DNA of 63,700 bases, filler included, from Octopus bimaculoides (Eukaryota), in NCBI RefSeq assembly GCF_001194135.2. It is 7 parts of 6 records of this genome, joined end to end, with 100 filler letters (N's around TTAATTAATTAA, not from the genome) between each part and the next. Parts side by side here need not be neighbours in the genome. Positions count along the whole stretch, not along the records: positions 9,256 to 29,654 come from NC_068987.1; positions 29,755 to 44,101 come from NC_069001.1; 5 more parts are not named here. The stretch is one strand, 5' to 3'. Shown here piece by piece: positions 24,249-37,085 of this stretch. The translations under genes and the position numbers were made by a program. The stretch's first letter is position 1. Each line of letters starts with the position of its first letter. Below the pieces are notes generated by a model, which did no database searches, was not told where the DNA came from, and saw only the letters and a program-made list of their open reading frames with translations.

Positions 24249-24685
24249 AAGGTGGCGAGCTGGCAGAAACGTTAGCACAACGGGCGAAATGCTTAGCGGT
24301 ATTTCGCCTGCCGTTACGTTCTGAGTTCAAATTCCGCCGAGGTCGACTTTGCCTTTCATCCTTTCGGAGTCGATAAATTAAGTACCAGTTACGCATTGGG
24401 GTCGATGTAATTGACTTAATCCCTTTGTCTGTCCTTGTCTGTCCCCTCTGTGTTTAGCCCCTTGTGGGCAATAAAGAAATAAGAAAGAAACAATCATGCC
24501 GGTCAAAATGCTTTGCGTTATTTCGTCTGTCTTTATGTTCTGAGTTCAAATTCTGCCGAGGTCGACTTTGCCTCTCATCCTTTCGGGGTCGATAAATTAA
24601 GTACCATTTGCATACTAGGGTCGATCTGATCGACTGGCCTCGCTCCTCAAAAATGTCGGGCCTTGTGCCTACAGTAGAATAAATT
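24249..24685 (+). mobile_element. Two tandem SINE family A copies (24249-24485 full length; 24496-24685 5'-truncated, different tail)
   Basis: Both contain ttctgagttcaaatt..gccgaggtcgactttgcc..tcatcctttcgg.gtcgataaattaagtacca. Confidence 0.9.
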
Positions 24686-26177
24686 ATTTTTCATTTGTTT
24701 TCCCCATAGTACTTCGATTAACTTACACGTGAAAAAACATTATAACTATAAATTATTACATGAACATAACTCATTATTTTTACTTTGATTTAGTATTCAA
24801 CTGAATTTTAGCTATTAGCCCAATATATCAACATGCGGCATTCTTAAACTAATTTTATGTTTTTGCTGAAAATAATAAAAAAATATTCCCTTATCATTAT
24901 CAGCATTAATATTACTATTGTGTTTGTTATTACTGTTATTCTTATATTACTATAATTATTTGAGTAATATGATTTTAAAGCATGATTTCATTGCACAATC
25001 GAGCATATCTTTCTGTTCTTGGAGTATGTGCAATGATTTAATGCATCTCTCTGTTTTCATTTTGGAATAGTATATTATGTAACGTTATTACATTATTGAT
25101 GGGCGATTTTATTAACATCAAGAGCAGTCAATTAATAACTTTGGCGGAGTGGTGGAACAAATGTATTACAGCTTATCAATGGTAAGCATCTTTAGATTTT
25201 CAAATTTTGCGATACCAGCGGAATCACTTGTTTTTTCATAGCTCCTTAGTCGCTAATAAATTAATATAATAAAGCAGATTTAATTGTCAGTTCTTCCTCA
25301 CCAAATCTGTATTATTTTGTCTGTAAGTAATCATTATTGTTATCGATATGAGAGTTAAACATGGGAACGAATTATTATCTTCACTTCTGAGTCCGGCGTG
25401 ATCAACACTTCTTTAATTTTCTTTTTGTTTCAACCGATAAATTAGGTTAGCAATCAAGTAATACTAAGGTCGGTCGTACGTGTATGTATACTCAAATATT
25501 AACATGTATCTACACACACAGACACACGCATATATACACACATATACATACATGCACGCACGCAGAAACAGACAGACACACACATACGCGCACACAAACA
25601 TATCCTTTACTTCTGAGCAAGTAAATTAATAAGCACATACTATAACTTCTCAATTTGGTTTGCCAATAATATTCTGCTTTGAAGTGCATCGCTAGCAGTG
25701 GTTCGTTCTTGACTGAGTTGATAGATATTAAAAACCGAGAATGAACAAGCAAAGCATAAGTATGTCTTTAGAGCATTAAATTTATAACTTAAACTTAGTG
25801 TGAAATAGTTATAGCAAATATCGTAAAGTCTTTTACAGCTGTTTCTAAAAGAACTAAGCATTTGGAAATTATATTTTCAAATTTAGATTTTTACGTTAAC
25901 AAAGAATTCCGTCATCGGAGAGTGAGATAGAAGGGGAGAGGGCGAGAGAGATTGAGGGAGGGAGAAATAAGGAATATCGTTAATCCATTCAGGGATTAAA
26001 GAGTGTCTAAAGTAAAAGATGATATTATTTGGTAGATCCTTCAGATAGTAGAATATATAGAATATATAGAATAATAGCATGCAGACCGCTTAGTGAATGC
26101 ATAAAAGAGGATAGAAACTATTCAGTATAGAAGAGGTACATAACAAAGTCGTCCAGACGATATAAAGAGACAGTGAT

Positions 26178-26273
26178 ATACATACATACATACATACACA
26201 CACATACATACGTACGTACGTATGTGTGTATGTATGTATGAATGTATGTATGTATGTATGTATGTATGTATGT
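26178..26273. repeat. (TACA)n-(TATG)n fold-back microsatellite
   Basis: Direct reading; centred on cgtacgtacg. Confidence 0.95.
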
Positions 26274-26449
26274 AGTTAGTTCAAATTTATAGAAAAACAA
26301 AAACGAAGACGCGTAGGAACAACAAGCAAGTGCATTAGTTTCACACCCGGGAAAAATGGAAAACTTTTTTATGTTTCGAACTTACGCTTTTCGACAGTCA
26401 GGAATAAGAGGAAATAAATAGAAAGAGAAAGAAAAAAAAAACCTGTTGA

Positions 26450-26876
26450 GTTCTTTTACGCTTTGCTCTTTTGCACGTTTCTGCCATTTGACTGCGGCAT
26501 GCTGAAGCACTGACTTTGATCGAGCAAAGCGACTCCAGGACTTATACTTTGTAATTTTAGTACATATTCTATCGGTCACTCTTGCCGAACCGATATTTTT
26601 CGGGGACATATACACACAACATCGGTTGTCAAACGATGGTGGGGGACGAACACAGACACACAAACACACAGACACACTCACACACAGAAATATACACATA
26701 CATATATTATACAGGACAGGTTTATTTCAATTTCCGTCTACCAAATCCACTCACAAGGCTTTGGACACCCCGAGGCTAAGGAGAAGACACTCTTACAAGT
26801 TGCCACGCAGTGGGACTGAACTTGGAATTATATACTTTAGAAGCAAGCTTCTTATCACACAACTTTGCCAGTGCCT
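26450..26876 (-). mobile_element. SINE family B
   Basis: Reverse complement of the family B body and head. Confidence 0.85.
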
Positions 26877-27819
26877 ATATGATATCAGTATATAGATAAC
26901 TAGAGTATACTTTCAATTTACAGGTGAAAAGTTTTTAGGGCTGTCTTAAACACCAATGCATAACTCAGATGAACAATTACTCACGTGCTTTAGTAAAAGA
27001 AACTAACTCCGTTGTTGATACAGAACAGTTTTTTACACTCTCAATGATCGAGTCCTTATATTTCATTCCTCATACAAAATAATTTAGTAGTAATCTACAT
27101 AGGACGTTCAAAAAGCTTTGGAATGTACATTTTTAGCGTTCCGGTTGAGATAGTGTGAAGCAGAGAATTCAATACCATATAAGATATTTACAATGATTAT
27201 AACCAATATTTTGTAGCAAAGAATTTTTTGTGTGGTGTAGTTTGGAAGTGTTGTCCTTGTATTTCTTATGATACAAAGTGAGGTTGATGAGAAGGTGTTT
27301 CTTCCAAACGAGCTTGAAAGATAGGTGCACTTGAAGAAACTTACTTGACATTTGAAAAGGAAAATTCACAGAGTACTCTACGCCATTTTACTTCGTGTGA
27401 GCGGATTCCACGTATACACTTGTATATTCAAAAATAATGAGATTACACTCTGTGCTTTATATGCTGCATTAAACCGTTTGCCCATTTTATTATTCAGCTA
27501 TAAAGACCATTGGTTTCGCCATGATGTATGGACGATGTGATGAAGTACCTTACTTTACTTCCATTGATTTTTGAATATACAGTTGTATTGTAAAATGCGG
27601 AGGATAAATACTAATGCAAACAAGTAAGAACAATCTCTTCCACAGTAGAATTATATACAGTTTAGATTACGAGGCGGCCGAAATCACAAGGATGTTAGGA
27701 GATTAAATAAATATATATACTCCTTTCATACCACCTGACTTTTATAGTTTATATTTAAACATATGTTTGTATATGCATTCAAATATATACATATATACAT
27801 AAATATGTGTGTATTACCT

Positions 27820-28195
27820 TTTATCTTTTCTTTAGTTTGGTCATTAAACATCAACCATATGATACAGGGATTTTAGTTCCACGAAACGACTCCTTATTTC
27901 TTCAACCTAATATCGCTTGTAGCATTGTCTTGCCAACCTCTAATTTACGGGCTATGAGTCAAACAAAGTGGTAGTATGAGACATGCACAGGCTCACAGAC
28001 CTAACAGAGGCATATATAAAACAGGCTTTTTTCAGTCTCTGTAAACCAAATCTCCTCACGAGGCTGTGGTCTACCCGGGGATGTAATGTGGCTGAGCAAC
28101 AAACTGGGTACACCCATACACACATGCACGAGCACGCACACACATACACACACCTAACCACAGACATGGTTGTGTATTAAGAAGCTTGCTACCGA
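27820..28195 (-). mobile_element. SINE family B (highly diverged)
   Basis: ttcagtctctgtaaaccaaatctcctcacgaggctgtggtc matches family B. Confidence 0.6.
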
Positions 28196-28199
28196 TTTA

Positions 28200-28792
28200 T
28201 CGTTTTGGTTAGTTAAACTACTGTCTTTGTGTGTAACACACGTGTTTTTTGGTTGTCTTGGCGGTGCGAGTTTTCCCTCTTGCTTAATGGAGGGGCGTCG
28301 TGTGAAGTTGTGAAAATTTGAATTATTCTTCTTCGGACTTTGTGTCGTCTGAGGAAGAAATGGCAAAATGTTTAAAAAGAAGCGACAAGGAAATAGAAAC
28401 TAAGAATGGTGCTGCAACGGCAAAAGGAGAAATTAAAGACATAGGTCTAGAAGAATTGAGCAGGTTCAAGGAAATACTTAAAAGGGAGGGAATGATGTAA
28501 AAGTGTTCCTCCCCAAAGAAGTGATAAAGGATAAGAATGAGAGGGCGATTGTTTACAGGACATAAGCAGAGGCAACAAAAAAATAGAAGTGGTGTCGGTG
28601 GCACAAGTTGAAAATGCGTTGAGACCAGTCTGGCAAGAGATATCCTACATTGCCAGGGGAAGAAAGTATGGAACGGTGGAGGAGCAGTTTCGTGAGATAG
28701 CTACCGCCAGACTGCGCTTAGCTACACCATTAAGAGGTATAGTTATGCGTTGTGGTAAATTTAAGGGTCAGGTGTTAGTAGTGGAATTATAG
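28200..28792 (+). mobile_element. Possible non-LTR retrotransposon 5' UTR and ORF1 remnant
   Basis: Protein-like frameshifted frames MNYSSSDFVSSEEEMAK... and VENALRPVWQEISYIARGRKYGTVE; family not established. Confidence 0.4.
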
Positions 28793-28849
28793 TTGGCGTT
28801 ATAAGGGTCAGTAATGTTAATGGAGTCAGATGGTGTTTGGGTTTTTGTT

Positions 28850-29470
28850 GGTGGTTATGTTGAGGTAGTTTGTTAGGATGGAGTTTAATTGGTTGCGGAT
28901 TTCTGAGTTTCTTCTTGTTAAGTTGTTGGCTAACTCCGGCAATGTTGGTGGTGTTGGAGTACGGCAATTTTATAGATTGGAGGTTAAATAGTTTTCTAAG
29001 TGTACTAGAATAAGGCAAATGCTTTTCGAGTAAGGCGAAGAAGAGTTTAGAAATTCGAGATTGAACATTAAGAGCGAAGGGGCGGCGGAAGAATTAGATA
29101 ACGTTCCGGATTCTAGTTCGTTTAATCCAATTACGGGGTTAACTGTGTGGGGATAGGGTTTTTGAGGTGTGCGCTGTTGTCTGTTTCGGTGAGTTGTGAT
29201 GTATATAGTATTTGGGGGTCATCTGGTAGTAGGTTGCTAGGTAGTCTGTTATTAAGAAATCTGGACGGGTATTAAGGGGTGGGATGGGGAGATTTTACGC
29301 TTAATATGTGGGCTTGTGTAACTGGTTTCAGTTCTTAGTTTAGTGGAGAGAGGGATATCCTACATGGGGGATGTATTCGATAGAATTTTTTATATTCAGC
29401 ACGTTGTAGTGCACAATTGTAATATTCAGCAAATTAATTGAATGCATCTTTATTAGCAGATAGTGAGGAA
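28850..29470 (-). mobile_element. Penelope-like element fragment (between RT thumb and GIY-YIG)
   Basis: RIRNVI.FFRRPFALNVQSRISKLFFALLEKHLPYSSTLRKLFNLQSIKLPYSN, a decayed match to the PLE motif RKRKIIWFNPP..FL.L..KHF....L.KIFN...K.SYS. Confidence 0.65.
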
Positions 29471-29586
29471 ATCCGATAGGAGACAATTTCCATAATGGAT
29501 TTTAGGAAGGAGCACAGGGTGGCTGGAGGAGAAGTTCACGCACAGGTTTCCCCCAGGTCTGCGGCATGGTTACAAGTCCAGGGTAA

Positions 29587-29654
<68 letters not shown>

Positions 29655-29759
29655 NNNNNNNNNNNNNNNNNNNNNNNNNNNNNNNNNNNNNNNNNNNNTT
29701 AATTAATTAANNNNNNNNNNNNNNNNNNNNNNNNNNNNNNNNNNNNNNNNNNNNTATAT

Positions 29760-31767
29760 ATATGTCAACCTCTGTTCATCACATTGAGATGCTCTGGCTT
29801 TTGTAGTGCACAGTCTGTTCGTTTCTTGGTATGTTAAAAGAAAGTTTTCAACTCATATATGTATAGAAAGTAAATACACGTAATTCAAAAACACGTTTTA
29901 TGTAGCTTATTTCATAACTAAAACACAGACACAGATTATAAACAATGAAAGGCCGATTTTGGTGATTCATTTGACAGAGGAAGTAGAGAACCAATCCGAT
30001 GATAAATCTGATCTTAAATCTTGAAAGTTTACATGAATCCTGGTTCAGTTAAATCACTTGTGGCTCCAAATGATGTCATCTGTAGCGCAGCGTTGCATTG
30101 TCTAATTTTAGTTTGGAAGTGCTTCGAATCTTGGTCAGTTGTTGCCAACAGTTTCTTCAATGGCTCTGGAGGTTGGTGATTGCAAGGAGTTTAACTTTTC
30201 CACCACTGCAGCACAGTGCAGGTGTCTCTCCAGTCCACTTCCTTGCTTTACAATGTGTACGCTCAGTTGTCATTGCACCAATGAAAACTGTGTCATCTGC
30301 GTAATGAACTGCTGGATCATAATTGAAAGCTGCTTCATAGAAGTTGCTTCTCTGAGCTGTTGCAACTGCTCTTCGTTCTGCAGTGTAGATCCTATTCCTT
30401 GTCAGCCGTGCATACCTCTGTTCATCACTTTGAGATGCTCTGGCTTTTGTAGTGCACAGTCTGTTCGTTTCTTAGTATGCTTCCCTTTCTGAAGCTGTCT
30501 CTCTTTCCTTGGACAGAGACATTCTTTTGGCTGGCCTTGACACTGAAAAACACAAAACCGTTGCAAAAGTAAATTAGAAATTTTTAGGGAAATTAACAAA
30601 GTGTACAGATTTAAATGAAATTTTTGNNNNNNNNNNNNNNNNNNNNNNNNNNNNNNNNNNNNNNNNNNNNNNNNNNNNNNNNNNNNNNNNNNNNNNNNNN
30701 NNNNNNNNNNNNNNNNNNNNNNNNNNNNNNNNNNNNNNNNNNNNNNNNNNNNNNNNNNNNNNNNNNNNNNNNNNNNNNNNNNNNNNNNNNNNNNNNNNNN
30801 NNNNNNNNNNNNNNNNNNNNNNNNNNNNNNNNNNNNNNNNNNNNNNNNNNNNNNNNNNNNNNNNNNNNNNNNNNNNNNNNNNNNNNNNNNNNNNNNNNNN
30901 NNNNNNNNNNNNNNNNNNNNNNNNNNNNNNNNNNNNNNNNNNNNNNNNNNNNNNNNNNNNNNNNNNNNNNNNNNNNNNNNNNNNNNNNNNNNNNNNNNNN
31001 NNNNNNNNNNNNNNNNNNNNNNNNNNNNNNNNNNNNNNNNNNNNNNNNNNNNNNNNNNNNNNNNNNNNNNNNNNNNNNNNNNNNNNNNNNNNNNNNNNNN
31101 NNNNNNNNNNNNNNNNNNNNNNNNNNNNNNNNNNNNNNNNNNNNNNNNNNNNNNNNNNNNNNNNNNNNNNNNNNNNNNNNNNNNNNNNNNNNNNNNNNNN
31201 NNNNNNNNNNNNNNNNNNNNNNNNNNNNNNNNNNNNNNNNNNNNNNNNNNNNNNNNNNNNNNNNNNNNNNNNNNNNNNNNNNNNNNNNNNNNNNNNNNNN
31301 NNNNNNNNNNNNNNNNNNNNNNNNNNNNNNNNNNNNNNNNNNNNNNNNNNNNNNNNNNNNNNNNNNNNNNNNNNNNNNNNNNNNNNNNNNNNNNNNNNNN
31401 NNNNNNNNNNNNNNNNNNNNNNNNNNNNNNNNNNNNNNNNNNNNNNNNNNNNNNNNNNNNNNNNNNNNNNNNNNNNNNNNNNNNNNNNNNNNNNNNNNNN
31501 NNNNNNNNNNNNNNNNNNNNNNNNNNNNNNNNNNNNNNNNNNNNNNNNNNNNNNNNNNNNNNNNNNNNNNNNNCCCCCCCCCCCCCCACCACCACCAGGG
31601 TTCCGTTACTCAGTATATGAAAAAAATTAAGAGTCTGAAAGCATCCCTGGAACATAAGTAATGTATGTTCCTAGTTTGAAGAAAATCAGTTGAAAAATAC
31701 GGCTGCTATAACCTTTTACACACACAGACACACACAAACACACACACAGAACGGGATTTATATTATA
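29760..31767 (-). mobile_element. Decayed Helitron with RepHel N-terminal coding region (spans the gap 30627-31573)
   Basis: AAFNYDP...IGAMT..HCKARKWTGETPALCCSGGKV...IRQCNAALQMTSFGA...PGFM.TFKI..QIYHRIGSLLP; 31600-31767 resembles the 5' end of the neighbouring Helitron. Confidence 0.85.
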
Positions 31768-31866
31768 AACTCAGCAAGGAGTTAAGGTTCTATGATATGC
31801 ATATGTATGTATATGTGTATGCATAGAGATAAGTAGTTAGACATACATACATACATTATATATATA

Positions 31867-33139
31867 CTAGCAGGCGTACCCGGCGTTGCCCGGGGCTGTT
31901 AGTTAAGTATGCCTGTTTGGTTATTAGACCATTCACAGATGCACCTTTGAACTGAATGAAAGAAATCATAATGGCAAATGTTCCCTGCGTTGTTTGATTT
32001 ATTTAGTGCAATAGTGAACATGCAGAATCATACACCCACACCATTGTCATTGTTTTCCATTGAGACAGTAGGTCAGTCTGTAAAAAACCGGCAATAATTG
32101 AGTTTATTTTTCTTACCAAATAACTGCTGACATGTGCTCTTCAGCAGATGGAAAGGTTGAGCCTAAGATATGACATAAAGAGAAATAGCATGTTTACCTG
32201 CTGTTTCGCTGGGTTGTAAGTCGAACTGCGCGTTGTGCTGTAGTCTCTGCAGCTCGTGCAGCAGCAGTTGAGGAAGCATCTCTTGTAAGTCGAACTGTGC
32301 GTTGTGCTGTAGTCTCTGCAGCTCGTGCAGCAGCAGTTGAGGAAGCATCTCTTGTAAGTCGATCTGCGCGTTGTGCTGCAGTTTCTGAAGCTCGTGCAGC
32401 AGCAGTAGAGGAAGGGCGGCTCGTTGCGCAGCAATACCTGCTAACCGATCACAACGCTGCTCTTCACTTTCCCTTCTTCGTGCTGAAGCAATCCTAAGTG
32501 CATTGAGAGAGTTTCTCTTGGCGGCGCCCTCGGCAGATTCATTTGCACGCATACGTTTACTTTTCTTTGCTGCATTTGTTTTCCGACCTATATTTGCGTC
32601 GAGGCATGGTGGAAAATTATCAGTTTACGCAATAGAAAAAGTCCTAAGGAAAAAGCAGCGAATGTGTAGCACCAAAAAGATAGTAAAATGTAGTTGGCAA
32701 AAATGTTAATCAAACAGACCGAATGAAGGATTTGTAATTTTGGGTAAGAGTTTTGAAGTGGCTAGTTTAAGTTGAAATAATTATATGAAAAAGAGCGCTC
32801 ACTTGAAAACAGGTAAATCGTAACATGCAAATGAATACTGCTGGTAGTACTGTGCAAGCAGTTGATAAGAGTTCGTCACAGCTGACAAAGTATTGATTTT
32901 TTCCAGCTGGGTGTGTGTCACGTGTTTTCGCTGGCTCATGCCAAATCCTAGGCGAATTGAGAGTAGTCTATTTATGTTGGGGGCGCGGAATTTCGAGGAA
33001 AAATTGTAAGAAAAAGCGTCCGATGTCAAAGAGAGCACACATGTCAAATTTGATAAAATTCGGTTGAAAATTGTAGGAGTAGAAGTGTTTCACACAACAC
33101 ATACACACAGACAGATAACTTGCCTATTAATATATAAGA
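31867..33139 (-). mobile_element. Complete non-autonomous Helitron (1273 bp)
   Basis: Minus-strand 5' TC(ttatatattaat) at 33139; 3' hairpin CCCGG-GCAACG-CCGGG then CTAG at 31867; inserted between A and T; carries a frameshifted RepHel N-terminus (MPRR..ANIGRKTNAAKKSKRMRANE..RESEEQRCDRL). Confidence 0.88.
32215..32420 (-). repeat. 69-bp tandem repeat x3 in the Helitron ORF remnant
   Basis: Unit starts tgtaagtcga at 32215, 32284 and 32353; one minus frame gives the RDASSTAAARAAETTAQRTVRLT repeat. Confidence 0.95.
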
Positions 33140-36100
33140 TAACACAATATGCAACCAGACCTACATTCACACCATATCGTGGTTATGCTACATCTGTGGT
33201 TGTCTTTCTACATGAAACCAGTGGTAGCCTACGTATAAAAATTTGACTCTGTGTCCAAACTGAATTCTCACAATGTTTGTTGGCTTATAGAAAGGTGTGT
33301 GTGTGTATGTATACACAAGTATACACATATGTATAAGGAATTGTTTTCTGTAAACACCAAGATCTTGTGCTAAATCCAGTCAAATTCAAGCAAGATACAC
33401 CGAAATAATATTGGAAATATTGAATTAACTGAGGATTGATTTAAACTTTCCTTTTGTCAATATATTCAAGCGGTGATGAAACTGAAATGCGATTTTCTGC
33501 AGGCCTTTCCAGTGCTGGTGACGTTTGAAATTTAACGGACAATTCTCGATCACACCACTTCAAAAGACGGTGGCTGCCGTTTATATTTCAGCTCTCTACG
33601 CTCTGAGTTCAAACCCTTCCCAGATTTATTTTGCCGTCATTTTGGGGGCTCGATAGAAAAAGAAGAAAATTAGGTACTAGTCTGGAGCTAATGCAATTCA
33701 CTAGTTTATGGATAAATTGACCGAGGAATTGTCTATCTCTGTTCGTAAATACATGGGCATCTAAAACAATTCCAAAAGCATAGCACATGTTACCAAGGAC
33801 ATAATAGCTTGCGAGTGACGACTGATTATTTATTCTGAATTGCTTGTTGACTTAGATAACATTTTTCTGTTAAGGAGTGTTTAGTAATCACTCTTTCATT
33901 ATTTTATTGTTATCTTAATCTCTCTCTTCTAAATAAACTTAGAGATAGTCCATCCTCTGTGTGATCGTTTATCATACAAGAAATCGCATGGATCACGTGG
34001 GTGTATTCTGAGGCCTATAGCGTACCAAATACCCATTCTTTAAAATATGCCGGTATCTATGGAAAATTCCATTTTATTAAAAAATATTAATTAAAGAAAT
34101 TCCAGAAGAGCTATTTTCTGTTAGTCGCTAAATAATATTTACAAATGATTCCCAAATTGTGTAATTTTTCTGGTATGTTATCGCTAATTTCTTTTTGTAT
34201 TCTTTACTCAGCTAATAACAGTTACACAATCAATAAATTTAGAATAATAGCAAGTACTCAAAGACATTAGAATTAATGAAGAAAGCAGTTATTATGTTAA
34301 CTCTACCACATAAACGTCCTCTGTTTATTGCATATCTGTATATCTGAAGACTTCGTAACTTTGCTTGGCAGAGAAATGGAATGCATGTGCTATGTATATG
34401 TACTGGAAACAAAAATCATGTTGAAAAACTTACTGTAGGTTTGAACACGTGATTATATAACTTATTTGTTCTGCATTACTCTTTCTTCCGTCGATATTTA
34501 TATTTGTATATTTTAATATTAATAACCTACACAAACATACAACTACAAATGTACAGAGATGGAAAATAATAACTTTTTATTCTCGTTAATCATATGAACT
34601 ACGATAACACGAACGGTGTTCTCAGCAAAGGAATTAACTATTGGAAATATATAACAGATTTCATGTCATAGTCCTAAGTGTAAGAGAGAAAAAGAGAAAG
34701 AGAGAGAGAAGCGGGGAGGGACAGAGATAAAGAGACAGCGAGACAGACACAGAGAGATTAAAAAGACAAAGAGGGAACGATATCTCGCAGTGAATTAAAA
34801 TTAGTTATCTTTAGTTGAAATTTTCAATAATAAAAGAATCTTGACGACCGTATATTAATAAAAATATATTAAAATTAGAATTTTTAAGAATTTTCCGGAT
34901 AGTATAGACTTTAATAATTACATTCTTTTAGGAAAAGTTACATACTCCAAAACTAATCAATAAGCATTCTTTATTGTAGTATGTGTTTGTATACGTGTGC
35001 TTGTATATACACATATTGTTATACATATATACACACATATACATATATATTCATATACTCATGTACATATACTTGCATGTATTAATATCTTTATATACAT
35101 ACGCACGCATATATATATATATATGCACACACACACACTCAAATACATACATACATACATACATACATACACGCACATATACGCACGCACACAGCGAGGA
35201 ACAAAAACAAACGACAAAAAATGCCCACAAAAAGGACGGCTTACGTTCTCAAGCAACGCTATTATCTTGACAGTCAGGGAAATGAAAAAGTTAATGGCTA
35301 TAAGTTACGGATATTGTCCTGCTTGAGGTTGAGGGAAAAGTGGAGAGGAACTGGAAAAGAAGGAAGAAGAAAGGGGGAATAATTAAAAAGGAAACTATTC
35401 TGGTGAGAGAAGGCACGTGGTCTACATGTTTAGTAGCCGCTGACTGACCGAAGTAAAGAGTAGACAAATTGAAGTAATTTTTTTGATAGAAAAGTGAATG
35501 CGTGGACTGGGGTGTGTCTGTGTGCATGCTGGTGTGTGTGTTTGAGTGGTATGGAGAAGTAGTTTCTCTGTGCGAGGTTCTTTGTGTGTCACGTATTGTG
35601 TGTGTCTGACTGCATGTCTGTGTATTTGTGGTCTGTTATATGTACATGTACGTGTGTGCAAGCGTGTGTGCCTTTGTATGCATGTGAGTGAGTGTTTGTG
35701 TCTGGTTTGTATAGGAAAACACGTTAGAATATTGGTGGCGAATTGAGGCCATAAAATCCATAGAGGTAGAGTCCAAAAAAATACAAAGATCTAATAGTAG
35801 TCCGGGTGGAGCGATGGTTGGATGGATGGGAAGAGGTACCGAAAGTTCAAGGAGAAGGTAAGAGAGATGAGAGGAGGAAGTTCAGTTTCGCAGGATCAAA
35901 CTGGTGTAACCACGTGAGTGTATGTAATATATAGTTCAAATTTTCAAAAAAGAAAAAAAAGAAAAATGAAGACAAGTAAGAGAACAACAAGCAGGTGTAT
36001 TAGTTTGACGCCCAGGAAGAATGGAAAAGCTTGCATCCTTCCCAACCACATAGATCTCACTTTGTCGCACCCTGGGCAAGTGACTTGCAACGAAGAGCTG

Positions 36101-36172
36101 CGTGCGAGCATGCATCATCTCGCAGCCAGCTGCCTGATAGAGCTCTGCCGCATGCGCTTGAAGTAAATAATA

Positions 36173-36290
36173 CAGTAGTCCCCCGGTATTTGCGGGGGTT
36201 ACGTTCCTAGAGGACCCGCAAACGGTGAAAAACCGCGAATATTGGACGTGGTCCATAAAAATGCCTATAACTGTCAAAGATATGACGTAA
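36173..36290 (+). mobile_element. Tigger/pogo-like terminal fragment
   Basis: TA-CAGTAGTCCCCCGGTATTTGCGGGGGTTACGTTCC, a typical Tigger-type TIR. Confidence 0.6.
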
Positions 36291-36294
36291 TGTA

Positions 36295-36590
36295 TATAGA
36301 TGAGAATGTGTGTGTGTGTGTCTGTCTGTCTGTCTGTGTGAATCCCTAGACCTTGAGAACTACACAACCAATTTCATTCAAATTTTACACATGCCTTACT
36401 TAAGGTCCATGTAGTGTCATAGGCCAATTTTAAAAAAACTTCTTGCCTCGTGCGAGCCCAGAGCAATATCTTATCTTCTCCACTATTTCAGTATTACGTG
36501 TCAAAAATGAAACATTAACATCTCTCTATTGTAATGTCAGATATATTCACTTTAATACTGAAACTATTAAAGTGAAACTATTATCTCAAA
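36295..36590 (+). mobile_element. Probable Helitron-type 5' fragment
   Basis: tgtgtgtctgtctgtctgtgtgaatccc...aaccaatttcattcaaatttt resembles the architecture of the 5' region at 33040-33139. Confidence 0.4.
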
Positions 36591-36713
36591 TATATACAGG
36601 CATACATACATATATGTAGATGTATATATATAGATATACATGTAATATGTACACATATATATATACACATATATGCATGCATACATATATAAACCCATAC
36701 ACACACATATACA

Positions 36714-37085
36714 TAGGTGCAGGTGTGGCTGTGTGGTAAGAAACTTAGTTCCAAAATATATATATGGTCATGGATTCAGTACCAGTGTGGTGACTTGGCA
36801 TGTGTCTTCTGCTATAGCCTCAGACCAACCAAAGCCTTGTGAGTGGATTTTGTAGACAGAAACTGAAAGAAATCAATCGTATATATATGTATATATGTAT
36901 GTATATATGTATGTATATATGTATGTATATATGTATGTATATATGTAAGTGTATGTGTGTGTCTTTGTCTCTGTGTTTCTCTCTCATCACTATTTCACAA
37001 CTGCTGTTCGTTTATTTACATCCCCATAACTTACTGGTTTGACAAGAAGAAACTGATAGAATAAGTACCACGCTTATCAAAATAA
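36714..37085 (+). mobile_element. SINE family B
   Basis: ggtgcaggtgtggctgtgtggtaagaa...gaccaaccaaagccttgtgagtggatttt gtagacagaaactgaaagaa. Confidence 0.85.

Noticed and set aside
25100-25340. + strand donor at 25182 with the frame QLITLAEWWNKCITAYQ as a possible exon
   Set aside because: Acceptor is poor and the region resembles an old mariner remnant; neither reading is well supported.
30402-31661. Long ORFs of 275-417 aa (also 46666-47697 and 37102-37479)
   Set aside because: They consist almost entirely of translated N runs.
32215-32420. CRISPR-like array
   Set aside because: Contiguous 69-bp tandem units without unique spacers, in a eukaryotic Helitron; no cas genes.
32163-32552. 129-aa ORF with LLLHELQ repeats as a novel leucine-rich protein
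   Set aside because: After about residue 45 it is the shifted frame of the Helitron 69-bp repeat; it is a transposon remnant.
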